In this document: piece by piece, positions 45,201-59,193 of the stretch | How the letters are laid out: the number at the start of each line of letters is the position of its first letter | Position numbering within the stretch: the stretch's first letter is position 1 | Source of the DNA: Rhynchopus sp. YZ270_cl-10 | Taxonomy: Eukaryota | Length of the DNA stretch: 64,000 bases | NCBI GenBank assembly: GCA_964035575.1 | Contig: OZ037833.1 | Location: 930,001-994,000, forward strand | Reading direction: 5' to 3' | The notes under the pieces: generated by a model | The model's input: only the letters and a program-made list of their open reading frames with translations | Database searches by the model: none | What the model was told of the DNA's origin: nothing | Made by a program: the position numbers and the translations under genes

Positions 45201-48200
45201 GGTTAAGGGTGGGGAGGTTGTAGGGCTGGCAAGAGAAGAGATGCGGGAATAGGGAGGGGTTGTGTTTTGAAAATAAAATACAAACTAAAATTTTAAATCT
45301 GCTATCAATCAGACACTTGAAGGGAGGTGCTACTTTCTGCTATTTTCTGCTATTTTGGGGTCGTCAGCCCACACCAACCATACTATCACCCCCCCAAACG
45401 CAGGAACTCAGTGGGGGGGGGGGGGATGAGGGAGAGAGAGAAATTCAAAATAAAATATTCACTTTTTTTGTTGTATGGTTTGCTTGCAGAGCGAGAGAAA
45501 AAAGGGCGGGAAAACGGGGATATGGGGTACGGGTCAGGTGCAACTGACAGGGGACGTGGCAGAGTAAGAGGGAAAAGAGGGGGGGGAATGTGGTGCAGGG
45601 TGAGGGGAATAGATCAAGGTATAAAAGCGAAAAGCTAAAAATAAAATAAAAAGGAAAAAGACAGGGAACAAAAAAAAAACCCCCCACAACTCGCGCGGCC
45701 AAACAGAAATGGCTGCAAAAAGACAAAAAAGGGAAAAGAAAAAAGACAGCAGACTAAATAATAAATAACTGTTTTTTTTTTTTTTTGTAAGATGAAGCTA
45801 AGCCACACAGTGTTTTAGTCACCAAAAAAAAAGATATCTCAAAAAATAAAAGGATGAATGGGCTACGGGGGCACATAACATCTTTTTATTGAAGAAAAAA
45901 AAAAAAGAAAACAATAATAAAATGGGGAAGAAGTTAACAATCAAAAACAACACAAAAAAAAAAATTCTTTGAAAAGATGAATATGGCTCTCGATGTATGC
46001 ATTTTTTTCCTTCCACATTCACGCGCATGGAGACGACACGTTGTAGAAAAATTAAAAAAAAAATGAAAAAAACGAGAGCATCAGTAGTAAGGGTCAAGGA
46101 GACTTGGGGTGTTGGAAATGAGCAGAATAAACGATTCAATCAATAAACTTTCGTTTCCGCCCTTTCTTTTTGAAAAAGAAAAAGTGTGTTTTTTTTTTTT
46201 TTTTTTTAAAGATGAACAAAATGAATAATGAAGCCACCCTCTAAAGAAAACTGTGTAAGATGAATGCCTCTCATGTACACACAGTTTTATCCTATCTAAA
46301 AAAGAAGAAAAAAAACAACCCGTGTGTTCTGTACTCAATACGCATACCACCCCCAAAAAAAAAATTATTGGGTAAACTGCTTGCAAACGCCCCATATTCA
46401 TCTAATGTAGCAAAGCTTTTCCTTTTTTTTTTCCTGTTGTTATTTAATGTTGCTTTCGACGATCACCCTGGCAAAAAAGACAGACAAGTATGCTTTTGAA
46501 AAAAAAAAAAAAATGGATTTTATTTGGATGTCTTGGTTCGCAAAATGGGAGGAGGAGGATGGAAGGGGGAGAAAAAAAACGGGGAGAACGGGAGGGGGAA
46601 GGATCCCTGATGAGAAAAGGAATTTGGGGGGGATTTTTTTTTTTTTTTTTTTTTTTGCTCAAAATATTGGCCGCATTATTCGTTCAAGGCAAAGGTGGTA
46701 TGTGCGTGTGTGCGAGGATATGTGGAGGGGGAAAGGGCGTGTATGTGTGTTGGGCAGAGGAGGAATGTGGGCGGAGTAATTTTTTTTTTTCTTTTTTTTT
46801 TGTGTTTTGATAATCTGTCTGATCAGTGTAGCTACCACGCAAAGCAGGCTTGCAACTGTCCAGGTTTCGTTCTCACGTATTTTTTTTTTCCCTCCTTCTT
46901 TTTTTTTGATAAATTGTTGGAGCAGTGTAGTTTGCCTCGGTTGTGTTGCCACGGTTTTGTGCAAAATCTCCACTTTCAACTTTTGTGCACTAACAGTACA
47001 GTTCCGTGTGGTTTAATATTTTCTTCTGTGTTCTAACATAAGACCCCTGCAGACACCAGAAAACACACAGCCAATTCAAGCTACGGCAAAACCCTTCTCT
47101 CTCAAGCCGAGCTAAAAAAACATCCATAAAAAAAAAAAAAAAAAAATGAAGCTGATGGTGATGGTGAAAACGTCTATGTGACGCTGGCACTGACATACAG
47201 TTATTTTATTTAAAAAAAACGTGAGTTTGAACAATTTCCTCCCCCAAACCACAGCCAAATATCGCTATTTTTTCTTTTTTTCTTGATAGACACAACGCAC
47301 GGAAGACTGTGGTTGTGCCTCCCCCCTTTTTCTGAGTATTTTCACGTTGGTTCTTAAGGTTCTGGTACCGTATTCGGAAAAATGTTGCAACGTAAAAATG
47401 TTGGAACGTAAAAATGTTGTAACGGAATAATGTTGTAACGCTGCGGATCGCGGGAAGTTGTAACTTTATTCCGTTACAACATTTTTATGACTGGGGTGAA
47501 CTTTGTCTTAGGGATTTTTTTTGGAACAGTCGGCATAATCCCCAACCTCACACACCACACCCCAATTTCAAGCCGATAATTAGTGTTTCAGGTTTTTGAC
47601 GTCCTCCCCCACCCCTCACCCAAATAAAAAATGAAACAAATGGGATTAGCCCAATTCTGCAAGCGCCGCAATCCCCACGAGCCTGTTTCGGAAGGAGGAG
47701 ATGCCCCCAACCTGGCGTTCCTTACAATCCATCTCTAGTTTTGTTCACTTTTGTGCCTCGTTCTAACTAACCGGCACTGTACAGATTGTAAGACGTCTGG
47801 CCCCTGCTTCGCTCGGACCAAGTGCTTTTCATGTGCATAGTAAACGTACCCCCCTTGCCCTGTCCAGTTTGATGTGGAACAAAAAAAGTCGAGCCTACGG
47901 CTAAGTTGAACACAGGGTATTAGGGTGGTTAAAAAAACTGGTTTTGAAAACCAGTTTTTCAAAAAACTGGTTTTCAGAAAAAAAAAAAAAAACAGAGAAA
48001 TCTGGAGGGGAAAAAAAAACTGACACTTTTCACCAGGCCTTTCTGTAAATGTCGGTTCCGTTTACTTTTTTTTGAACTTTTTTTTGTTTTTTTTGTTTTG
48101 TTTTGTTTTGTTACGTTGATGAGGTGTTGCTTTTTTCTATTGAAAAATTCGTTCCGTGGACCCGAAACCCAGTGGATGCATCTTTAAACAGAAATTGGGT

Positions 48201-48392
48201 GCCCCAATTCATTACTCGTTTTGCTTTTTTTTTTTTTTGCTTTTTTTTCGCGACATCCTTCACATTTTTGAGGTTGAGAGAGCTTTCTAGTAAATTTTGT
48301 TTTCTTTAATTTTTTTTTCCAGAAAAAAAAAAAAAAAAGTTGATAAAAAAACAAGAAAAAGCCAAACACATCGTGTTCAACCATTCTAAATA

Positions 48393-48713
48393 CCGCGATT
48401 GGAAATATTATGGACCGAATTAAGTACCAAATGTCCCGAAAAAATCTCTAACGTACCATAATTAATTCGGTCCAACAATAACCCGAACCAAATATTAATT
48501 CGATTCATATCGTTCTGGGCAAAAAAGTACTTGTCAAAAAAATAAGATTCGCCCTTTCCTCGGGGGACAAGTACAAAAAAAATTGCCCCCCAAAACATCA
48601 TGAACCGAATTAAATACCAAATGAAACTCAAAAACCTCAAACGTACCATCATTAATTCGGTCCATAATATTTTGTTTCTTTATTTATTCGGTCCATAATA
48701 TTTCCAAACGCGG
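48393..48713. mobile_element. Tc1/mariner (pogo-like) MITE
   Basis: TA|CCGCGATTGGAAATATTATGGACCGAAT ... ATTCGGTCCATAATATTTCCAAACGCGG|TA (28-bp TIR, 1 mismatch). Confidence 0.8.
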
Positions 48714-49064
48714 TAACCCAATACTTTCTTCTATTTTGTACGAACACTGTTCTGTACACAAAAAAAATGACACCCGAAGAAGAAAGAAGACAAAAAAAAA
48801 GTGCTGTAGTTTTAAAAAACAGCTATCACTCCAATGGTGTTTGGCAGAAATAACGAGAGAGGGGGGGGGAAAACAGAGAGAATGGTTTGGCAAAAAGATG
48901 ATCCAGAGTCTCGTGTACTTGGTCATCTTTTAAAAAAGGAAGACGCCTCGCCGAACCCTCATCTCCCCTCGCCCCTTGTTTAGTTTTTTTCTTTTTCATA
49001 TTCGAAATATTTCGTTATACAAAATGAGTGCAGAGAGGAGTGATAAAAGGGGCATCGAAGAAGC

Positions 49065-49100
<36 letters not shown>

Positions 49101-51111
49101 TTTTTCTTCAGTGTTTCCCAGCATCTCACCTAACTCTGAAAATAGGTGAGATTTTGCGGTTTTGCGGGTTTTTGTATAGGTGTGGCGAGCCCGGGCGCGC
49201 TTCGCGCGCCCGGGTCCCCACCTTAGCTCAAGTTGGGGGCCTCCGGCGGAATGTGAGAATTTCTCGGAGTTCGGCACTTCATTGATATTTGCACCAGGCA
49301 CACGTGGTATACGAATTATCAGTAAACTCAGTACATTTACAAAATAAACGGCAGTCATGACAGGCATGGCACCCAAGCGAAGCCACGGTACGCAACATTT
49401 CTAAAAATTGTTGACATAAATGTCACTGTCGTTGGAAGATTGGGGGGTCAGCTTGTTTTTGTGCCCAAAATTTTTTCAGCACTGCTGACCAGGGACATTG
49501 GGAACATAGGGATTTTTGCGGAGCAAAAAAAAAATCAAACAAATGGCGCCGCAGGCGAAAAAAAATTAGGGTACAGTGTAAAAATCTATCTTTTTACAGC
49601 ACAAAGTCACACACCTAACCCTTTTTTGCGGAGCAAAAAAGGGAAAATGGCGCCGCAGGCAAAAAAAAATTGAGGTACAGCCTGAATGGTGCGGTCAGCA
49701 ACCCAGTTCCCCATGGTACTCCCGTGGTTCAACCATGATTTTTTTTTTTTTTTTTTTTTTTGTGAGATTTCTCACCCCAAAATCTCACCGTGGGAAACAC
49801 TGTTTTTCTTGATTCTGATTTTTGTTGATAATCCGTTGGTGTAGTGTGTGCCCTCTTTAAGACAAAACCTTCACTGTACTGCTGTGTAAAGACGGCACAG
49901 CCTCAACGAAACTAGAATTTTCCCCCCTTCTTTTTCAAAGAAAAAAATAATCTGACTTCAGGATATGAACCAATGAATAAAAAGAAAGCGATTATTTCAA
50001 AATCATAAAAGAAGGCAAGAAAACAAAAGTTTATAAGATGAACCTGAGCCTCTCGTGCTTAGTCCCCTTCAGTTACCTTCCCCACATGGGGAAAAATGGC
50101 ACTTTTTTTTCGTTTATTGCTCTACAAAATTTCTTGTGTTTCTCGCTGTATGAGTTGTGTTGAGATGAGGTAAAACAAATACTTTGTTTCATATACATTC
50201 TTTTTCTAATGAAAAGAAGGTACAGAGGGTGCTAAAGAAGTACCCTTGCTTTTTTTTGTTCAAATACTGAAAATGAAAAACAAAAATTTGCAGACACGCA
50301 CCTTCCGTCGATTCTAGTTCCTCTTTTTCCAGATGCTTATAAAAAAAATGAGGGGGAAAAAAAAAATCGCCCGCACAAAAGTAAAGTGATGCTCCACACA
50401 ACAGATATCTTCTCTCTACCCGATAGAAAACAAGCTTGAGGTTCGTTCCAAATACCACCTGATTTTGCCTGAAATTTGGTGGTATTAACAGCACTTCTAA
50501 CCACCAAAACTTCCAAATTTTCAGGGAAAATCAGGTCGAAATAAATGGTGTTCCCTTTTAATTTTAGTAAGACAATATTGGTGGGGGTAAAGAACCCTCC
50601 TGAGGTTTCAAATCCCAAAAATCCACCTCAGTTTTTTTTACCCCTCCGATGTTTTGTTGGTGTTACTGTAATAGAAAATATATGATTCTTCTTCGTGCGC
50701 GTACTTCAAAGAAAAGAGAAAAAAAAAAAAAAAAAAAAAACAGAATTAACTCGTGTACTTTCAGCTCAAGAACAGAAAGTATTAGAGAGTGCAACATTGC
50801 GCCCTTTCGTGAATGAAGGAAAAAACTTGGGATGACTTTAATATAAAGTACAACACAAACTGTCACAGATTTAATAAAAACAAAATAAAAAAAAAAAAAA
50901 AAATGAAAAAGCTTGGCGAGGGATGGCGCATTGCGGACCCTCTGCTGATCCACTGTTTTTTCCCCTCCTTTTTTCTCTTTTTTTAACAAAACAGAAAAGG
51001 CGGGAAGCTTCACAGCAAATCGTCCTGCGCTTTTGGTTTTATTTTTTGTCATCTTGCCCCGCCTATCCTTTATTTCTACTTTTCTTTGCCTCTTCTCCCT
51101 GGATGAATTAC

Positions 51112-51144
<33 letters not shown>

Positions 51145-52872
51145 AAAAATTGTTGGAATAGTGTTGCCACCTGTGCAAGCTCCACAGTCCTTTTTAAAGG
51201 GGGGGGGTTTTTTTTGATAGAGCTTGGGGAGTGGGGAGAGTTGATGAAACCAGTCAAAAAAAAAAAAAAAAAAATTAAGATACAGAATCTTTGAAGAAAG
51301 ATGGATGTCGGACATACCCACCAGCGCCGTCTTATTTTGAATCAAAAAAATAAGAATAGAGGTACTGAGAACGGACCTACACTGCACAGTGGTGGGCAGT
51401 CACCTTTTACCTTTTACCTTTTACCCTTCAAAAAAATCACCCCAATATTGGCTCTCTCCCTGTGAATACAGGGTCGGTGGGAATTGCCCATTAACAAAAA
51501 AATATGAAGGGGGAAAAAAGGGTTCGCAAAATAACCCTACACGAAACCTCTCGATCTTCGATCTTGATCACAATCGGTGTCGCACAGCAATTTTTGCTGC
51601 ACAAAGGGGGGAGTTTTCTTTTGCACAAAAGCCTATCAAGGGTATATCATTTCCCACAGCTTGAGTTTCGTAATTATTTTTTTGGTGAGATGGGGCAGAA
51701 TAAAATAAAAAAGAAATCCGCCCCCAAGCGGTAAATCCTTCATTTCCTCCACTCATCCTAAATCTTTTTTGTTTTTTGTTTTTTTCTGGGCACACTGGAT
51801 TTGGTGTGACTTCGCATATTGGGAAAGGGGTGGAGGGGGGGGTTTTTTTTGTGTTCGTTCGCTCTTTCGAATAGTGTGAGGGTGGGGGAGAGTGAAAAGA
51901 GAAGTTGAAAAGTGCAAACGCCCCCACCGTTCATCGGCGGAACGCAGGCACTGAAAATGGGGGCTGGGAAGGCTGAACAGGTTGAGTGAATGCTGTTTGA
52001 CGAATTATTTTGTGGTATGTATCTGACTGACAGATATACACACCATCTGAGAGGGACCATAGTAAACCCTGATAGGTAAAGTAAAAGGTATTTTCATCAT
52101 ATGCAATCAATAAATTTATATGAGGAGGGACAAAAAATTGTTCCCATGTTTCTATACGCGGGGTAAAAATCAGGTGGTACTTTTAATAAAAAAAGAAAAG
52201 AAAAAAGTTCTTGTTGATAATAAATGCGGCTCTCCCTTGCGTACACACATATTTACTACTTTACAATCGTGTTGGGACACGGCTGGGTTTTTGAAGGGGG
52301 GGGGGGAAAGAGAAATGTGAATGGAATTTAAACACCTCAGATGATTTTAGAGGAGAGCAGGGGTGTAAATTCCAACGAATAAAAGAAAAAAAAAAAAGAT
52401 ATAGTGGTGTTCCGGAAACACCTGTCAAGGACATGTCAATATCAGGCCCCTCCGGAACACCATATAGGGAAAAGTCATGTAGTACCCAAATTTCTAGTAC
52501 CCAAAAAAAAAAAATATTTTGGGAATGTGTCGGTAAGGCTAAGAGCGGTAGTTAATTGATAGTCACAATCTCTGACTGACCCACGCACGATGCCAACCTT
52601 GAATGGCACAGCAAAACTAAAACTAATTTATTTATTTATTTATTTTTGAAAACTTGGCATTCACTCTCTGTCGCTTTAGCGCTGCCAAGGCAGTGTGGCT
52701 GCAATATTGGAACACCCTGCTTTTCAAGCTTCTCTCTCTCTCTCCCCTTTCTCTCTCTTCTTTGTTGCAGAGATAAAGAAAAAGAGGACACTTGCTAAAC
52801 GGATGTGCCTCTCTGTACGCACACACACCTTGGAGGAAAAAAAGAAAAAAAAAAAAAAGGAGAAATTCAGGG

Positions 52873-53873
52873 CAGGCCTGGGCCTAAAGTGGGTACCCGG
52901 GGCCCGATTTTGATTTTATTTTATTTTTTCTAAGGATTTTACACGGGGGAAAAATTATTTTTTCTAAGGATTTTATACGGGGAAAATTTATTTTTCTAAG
53001 GGTTTTTCTTAGGGGAAAAAGTCTGGGGGGTCGGGCCGGGCCCCGTGTCGCTGAGAATAACTCGCACTCTGCCCGGGGAGTGCGGTACCAAGCCATAATG
53101 AACAAAAAAAGTCTCCACCCCGCTTCCTTCGGTCTCGTCCCTTTCACCTCCCGCACAACAGAATAAATAATAATACAGTATGGTGCGTGTGACTGCAAAC
53201 GTCGAGGGAACCTTGCTTCTTGCAGTGCTGCAAGTGCTCGCCACCACGGTGGTAGCAAAGTGCATTGCGTTGGCGCACTTGGGCAGGCCCTGACGGCACT
53301 GAGGAACGAAAAAGAAAAATAATTCCGCGCCGCCCAGGGCTGCACCTTAAAAAAAAATTTGCCTGCGGCGCCATTTTCCCTTTTTGCTCTGCAAAAAAGG
53401 ATTCGCTGAGTGGCTTTGTGGTGTAAAAGCTGCATTTTTTATACTGTACCCTAATTTTTTTTCGCCTGCGGCGCCGTTTTATATTCATCCCGAACATTCG
53501 GGGTGCACGTAGCGCGCCCGGGTTTAGGACCCCTTCTTAAATTTCGAGGGGGCGGTTCACGTTACAGTGGGTCCAGAATCATAGTTCAATTTAACCCCGC
53601 TAAGCAACTCGCTGGTGGTAATGACCAAAACGTGTATCAGCCAAGAACTTGCCCATTTTTTTCAAAATGACCCCGTGACAGTGAGGGTAAAAGCTCGGAA
53701 AACCCGAAAAAGGCCAAAAAAACCCCCCGAAAAGGGAAAACCGAGAACATATTTCGGCAGGGGGGCAGCGTGTTCTCAGAAAAATCCAAGAATTGCCTGT
53801 AAAAATCCTTAGAAAAAACCCGGGTGCCGATCCAAAAAAATGGAAAAAACCCCAGGGTGCCCGCCCACCCCTG
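52873..53873. mobile_element. hAT-like non-autonomous element (1 kb)
   Basis: 8-bp TSD ATTCAGGG at 52865-52872 and 53874-53881. Termini CAGGCCTGGGC / reverse complement CAGGGGTGGGC. Confidence 0.7.
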
Positions 53874-53886
53874 ATTCAGGGCGTAA

Positions 53887-53919
<33 letters not shown>

Positions 53920-55361
53920 GTTCAGAAGTCTTTTTCCTTGTATTCTAGAGATAATTCAAGACAGTCTTTCTACTCCGCATCATCGTTTTCTTCTTCTTTT
54001 TTCTTTTATGTTTTTGTGATAAATTGTTGGATTTTGTGTAGCTTCCTCTGCGTTGCCACAGTTGTGCAAACTCCACTTTTTATTCTTCATCATTTTCCCC
54101 CCCCCTTCTTTCTTTTCATGGCAGTGTACCGCAGTGGATGCCAAGAAATAGTTAGCAAGAATAACCAAAAAAAAAAAAAAAAAAGCCCCCCCGTCTCTTA
54201 CCCTCTCAAGGTGCATTGCCGTTTAGCGGTGTCTGTCCTCTCTGTACTCTTGCAGTCCATCCTCATTTTTATCAGAGCCTTTCGTTATTTTTTTTCGTGT
54301 ACCGCACGAGTTCACAGACGATCCCACAAGGCTTTTTGCTCCCATATATTGGGGTATTTTAGCTAATTTTTTTTTTTTTTTGGAACCCCTCCCAGAACAG
54401 AAGAAAACAAAATACCATATGCAAACAGAGCAAGCATTAAGGGGCATAACATCGTCAAAGGGGTCTTTGAAAGTTTGTTTGTTTTTTTTTGTATTTGTTG
54501 TTTTTTGTTTTTGCTACTCTGTTTGTTTTTGTATTGTATTTCATTTGTAGTACTTTGTAAGTTGAGAGGTAGGTGCGCTTCATCGCCAAAGGGGTCGTTT
54601 TTTGTATCGACAATCACCTACACGAGGTAGGATCTGTACACAATGTCACCCGAAGGCTTTGTACTTAAAGTTATTTTTATAGCAAAGTGAATTAGCTACA
54701 CAGTCTGTCCATGTGCTCTGTTTATTACAAAAAAGGGGGGTCGGGCAAAGGGTAGGTGAAAATACTCTGACTAAAAGTGGTGCGTGGGGGGTAGAGGGTT
54801 TTTTTAAAAAAGGTAGAGTTGATAAACGTACACTGTGGGGTACGTTTTTAAAGAGAAGTTTTGAAGTGCAAACGCCTCACCGTTCATCAGTAGACGCAGA
54901 GCACCGGAAAAGAAAAAGAAAATGACATTTCTCTTTGTGTTATGTCATTTTGAATCAAAAAAAAAAAAATAGGAAACATTGTGAAGTTGATGCAAAAAAA
55001 GCTCCACTCTTGGTACCCCAGAAATCCAAAATACCAAGTACGCAACAACTACGCACTAAGTACGCAATATGGGGTTGTCAGGAGCACCAACTCTGGTTTA
55101 TCTCTAGAATTGGGGGGACAGAGTAGATTTTGCTCACAACAAAAAAAAAACAAACAAAACGAGAAGAAAAAGATGGTTGATTTGTAAAATCCGAAAATAC
55201 TTTATATACACGAATGGGACGAGCAAGGCACATCTAACCAGAAATACAAGTAAAGTTGATAGTGCTAACGCAAAAAAAATGAAAAACAATAACAATATAG
55301 TACTCGTAAGATACACTACCCGACGGGGCAATATATCTATAAAAAAAAAAAGAAGCTTATA

Positions 55362-55474
55362 GGGGGATAGTCAGATTTACCCTACCCTATTTGGAATAAG
55401 TTCAGACTTGCCCTAAAAACTTTAGGGCAAGTCTGAACTTTCAAAATAGGGTAGGGTAAATCTGATTATTCCCC
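55362..55474. mobile_element. MULE-like palindromic MITE
   Basis: Near-perfect 113-bp hairpin with GGGG..CCCC ends. 9-bp TSD AAGCTTATA/AAGTTTATA. Confidence 0.75.
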
Positions 55475-57817
55475 AAGTTTATAAGATGATCTCTAAGCCT
55501 CTCTGTGCTTTAGTCATCTTGGAAAAAAAGGAGGGGGTGTTTAGCTGTGAACAGTGGTACTTTCTAGCTGTGGTTCTTTTTATTTATTGTGCATTGTGCG
55601 CAAAAGGGTAATACCGAATGCTGTGCATACACGAGGGGGGGTGCGAGAGGTCGGTGCTGAATCAATTGATCCTGCAACACAATCGGCAAGGGGGGTGTAC
55701 TGGGGTTTCTCTGATAGTGATGAGTTCTTTCAATTTGTGTGGATCGCGTTTGCTTGTCTAAAAGAGAAAGAGTGAGAGTGAGATAGAGAGGGATTTTGTT
55801 TTGTGCGTAAAGTGTGTAATAAATATTCTGTGTTGATATTTTTATTACTTCCCTACGCTCCCACTACCGCGTGAAGAGGAAACTTCTTTGAGGCCAAAAA
55901 AAAAAGAAAAAAGAAAAAAGAAAAGTGAAACGCACACACAAGAAAAGCTATGCAAGATGAGTCAAAATCCCACCTTTGGAATAAAAAAGAAGAAACCTTA
56001 GGACAGATACTACTGGACATCAATTTTTTTTTTTTAATTTTATAAATTGTTCCAGGTAATTCACTCTCACGCACATAAAATGCAATCTTTTTTTCTTCTT
56101 CTCAAAAATTTCCCTTGCATCACATTCTCGTTTTATTACAAGGCGACCCAGCTTCAAAATAGGGTTTTAGACACATCCCAGATTGAAACATGGAAGCAGT
56201 TTTTTACTCCCCCTTTTTTGCACAGCTGCATTGAACAAAGTGAAGTTGAAAACAGCTCATTTTTTGCTTAGGAAAGACAAGACATTGATTTTCATTGAAA
56301 ATCAGTGTCTTTTTCGGTATAATTTTTGGGCTGCGTTCAACGAAAATCGTACTTTTTTTTTTTTTTTTAGCCTTTTTTTTTATCAAGTATTTTCACTAAT
56401 CCGTTGTAGGATATATAATTCGGTTTTTTTTCTTCCGAACCCATTGTCTTTGGATAACGAAACCCATAAAAAAATAATAATTCGCGTCCTCTGATATTTA
56501 CACTGTGGACTGGTCAAGGGAACAGAATATGGTATATTCCCTTCGACCTCTCCACAGCGTACGTCGCAAAAACGACTCTAGCTGAGGCTTTGTTTTATTA
56601 TGTGAACGCACGGTAAAATACAAAAATTGGATGGATTTTTTTTAATTTTTTTGATAAATTGTTTGGAGTAGTGTAGCATCCGCCGCGACCACACGGCGAC
56701 ATTCGGTTCAGCCCGTGCCGCCAGGTCCGCGTCTTGGACTACCTGTGCAACCGCAACCTGCCTCAGGGCCCCGCGTTCTTCCCGCTCAAGTGTGCCATAG
56801 CGTCGAAACAGCAGTCACCCACGGTGTACTTTTTTCAAAATATTTCTCAGTTAGACATTGTGTGAGTTGCCTCGGTAGTGTTGCCACAGTTTGTGCAATC
56901 TCCACTGTCATTTTTTTTTTTTTTGAAATTGTAAGGTAGGGGGATGTGTCTGAGCCAGCTTGGAGTTGTCACATTTCAAATGTCGAAATACATTACCCTG
57001 GGGTATGGGGCCCTTTGCAATCACGCTGGAGGGAAGGGTTGTTGGAAAGGAGAAGACAATACAAAAGTACTACTTATCGGGTTACTCGCCGTAAAAGTTG
57101 CAAAGGTTTTGCGAGATTATGCCAAATAAAGCGAAATCCGAAAAAAAAATAATAAAAAAAAGATGAAATAAACTTCAAGCTCGACACAGATAATCTGGAC
57201 AAGCGACAGAAAATCAATAATAATAAATAACTGCCCAAAAAAGGAAAGTCTTTTTTTTTTTTTTTTTTGTGTAGACAAAAAAAAATCACCCTAAGTACGT
57301 TTTTGGTAGGACCTAGGGCTTTGCACGCAATGTTTACATAAGAAAAGAGGAAGGGAAAGGAGCAAATAGTGAAAATAAGAGAATCATGACATGCCTGGAG
57401 GGCCTTGGAGGAAGCCATATACCCCCTCTCTCTCTCTCCCAAGGCCCATCAATTGTTGGTTTTTTTCGTATTTCTTATGATTGTGTTTGCAAATCGCTTT
57501 ACACCAGTTGGGGTAAAGATCTGTTTCTCAATGTCGAAAGCTTTGGCAAAGTGTCACCCCAAAAAAGGGCGAGGACAAAGCTGAAGAAAGAAAGAAAAAA
57601 AACCCAGATTGAAAAAGAAGAAAAAATAAATAATTACAAGAACGGTATTCTCTCTGAACATTTTGTGCTAAAGATGCGTACAGGGGGAAATGGTTATTTT
57701 TTACCGGTAAAAAAATAGCTATATTCCTTTCTGCCATCTAAGAACACAGAATGTCTCAGGTTTCGCAGTTCTGCTTTACGGAGGGGGTGGTGGGGGGGGG
57801 GGGGTCTGGCACACGAC

Positions 57818-57956
57818 CACGGCGGACTAGTCAGGAGGGCTACTGGTCCAAATGACTAGTGTTTTACGAGTATTGTTACCAGTAACACTACCAGTTTAGC
57901 ACTTAGTTGTTACGACTAGTAGTTCCACTAGTAGTCCCCCTGACTAGTCCGCCGTG
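57818..57956. mobile_element. CAC..GTG MITE with a possible 2-bp TSD (CMC-like)
   Basis: AC|CACGGCGGACTAGTCAGG ... CCTGACTAGTCCGCCGTG|AC. A degenerate related copy follows to about 58086. Confidence 0.65.
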
Positions 57957-58588
57957 ACGGACTAGTCAGCGGTATGACTAATGAAACTCCTAGTCGTAAC
58001 GACTTAGTTGCTAACTCTACTCATGATAACGTAACGCTAGTCGGAAAACACTAAGTCATGGACCATTGTAGCACCACTAGTAGTTCAAATGAGAAGCCCG
58101 CCGTGCAATATCATGTCAAAAAAAAAAAGTGAAGTTATTAATGCAGGCACGACTGACACACAGCTGCATGAAAGCACAAAGTACCCTCCCTGCGGCCAAC
58201 AAGAAGATGTAAAAAAAAAAAAAAGAAAAATACGCCCTCACTGTACATCGACGGACGCAGGAGGTGAGGGGGGGTGGTGGGGCACTGACTATCCGAAGGT
58301 TATCGAACCCCCATCAGATAAAAGAACAAAAAAAAAAAAAACTTTGTAAGATGTGCTTCTTCTGTGCACACACATCTTTTTTTTTTACCGCAATAAAAAA
58401 AAAAAAAACAAGCAAATGATAATAATAATACAAAAAGAGCAGTTCTGTGTGGTTTGCATTTTTCCGACCATCGCGTTTAGGCACTCTCACTCTCTCTCTC
58501 TCTCACTCTCCCACCGAGAGGTTGATTTATTGAGGAATCTTTTCTTTGTTTGTTGCATCGACCATCGGAATAACCCAAGGCAAGGGTC

Positions 58589-58715
58589 TAATAGTGGCAG
58601 TATTGCGATGGGAGATCCCATTGGAATACGCAAAAAAATACATCAAAATACAATGGATTTTGATGTATTTTGCGTATTCCAATGGGCCTCTCTCATCGCA
58701 ATACTGCCACCACTA
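58589..58715. mobile_element. hAT-like MITE (copy 2)
   Basis: TA..TA-ended hairpin. Flanks CAAGGGTC/CTAGGGTC (7/8 match). Confidence 0.75.
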
Positions 58716-59193
58716 CTAGGGTCTGCACAACAACAAATCGCCCTGAAGGCTAATTTGTACTTTATCAGAGCTGAAGACACGAATGTTTCCTCGACTCTAG
58801 TGGTTTGTTTTGTTTTGCCCTACTGCTGATTGGCTGCGCGCATACCCTTTATCCTTTTAATTTAGTGGAATTGGGGAAGTCAAGGAAAATCTGGGGGGGT
58901 TTTTTTAAGGACGCAAATGGTTGGTAATTGATTCATTTAGAAAGTTCACTTCGGGGAGGGAAAACGGGGCCTTTGTGTTTGTGAACAAAAGGGGCTAATG
59001 GGTGGGGGAAATCCTGAAGAAAATTATTTCATATACTATCTATTCTACTGAATAGAAGGTGTATAATAGGGTGCACTAAATGTACCCAAACTTTTTTTTT
59101 TTGAAGAAAAATGAAGACAAAATTCTTTACAAGATGGAGTTGTTCAGCATTGTCTCCCTCAAAAGAAGAAAAAAAACATGGAATATACACGGA

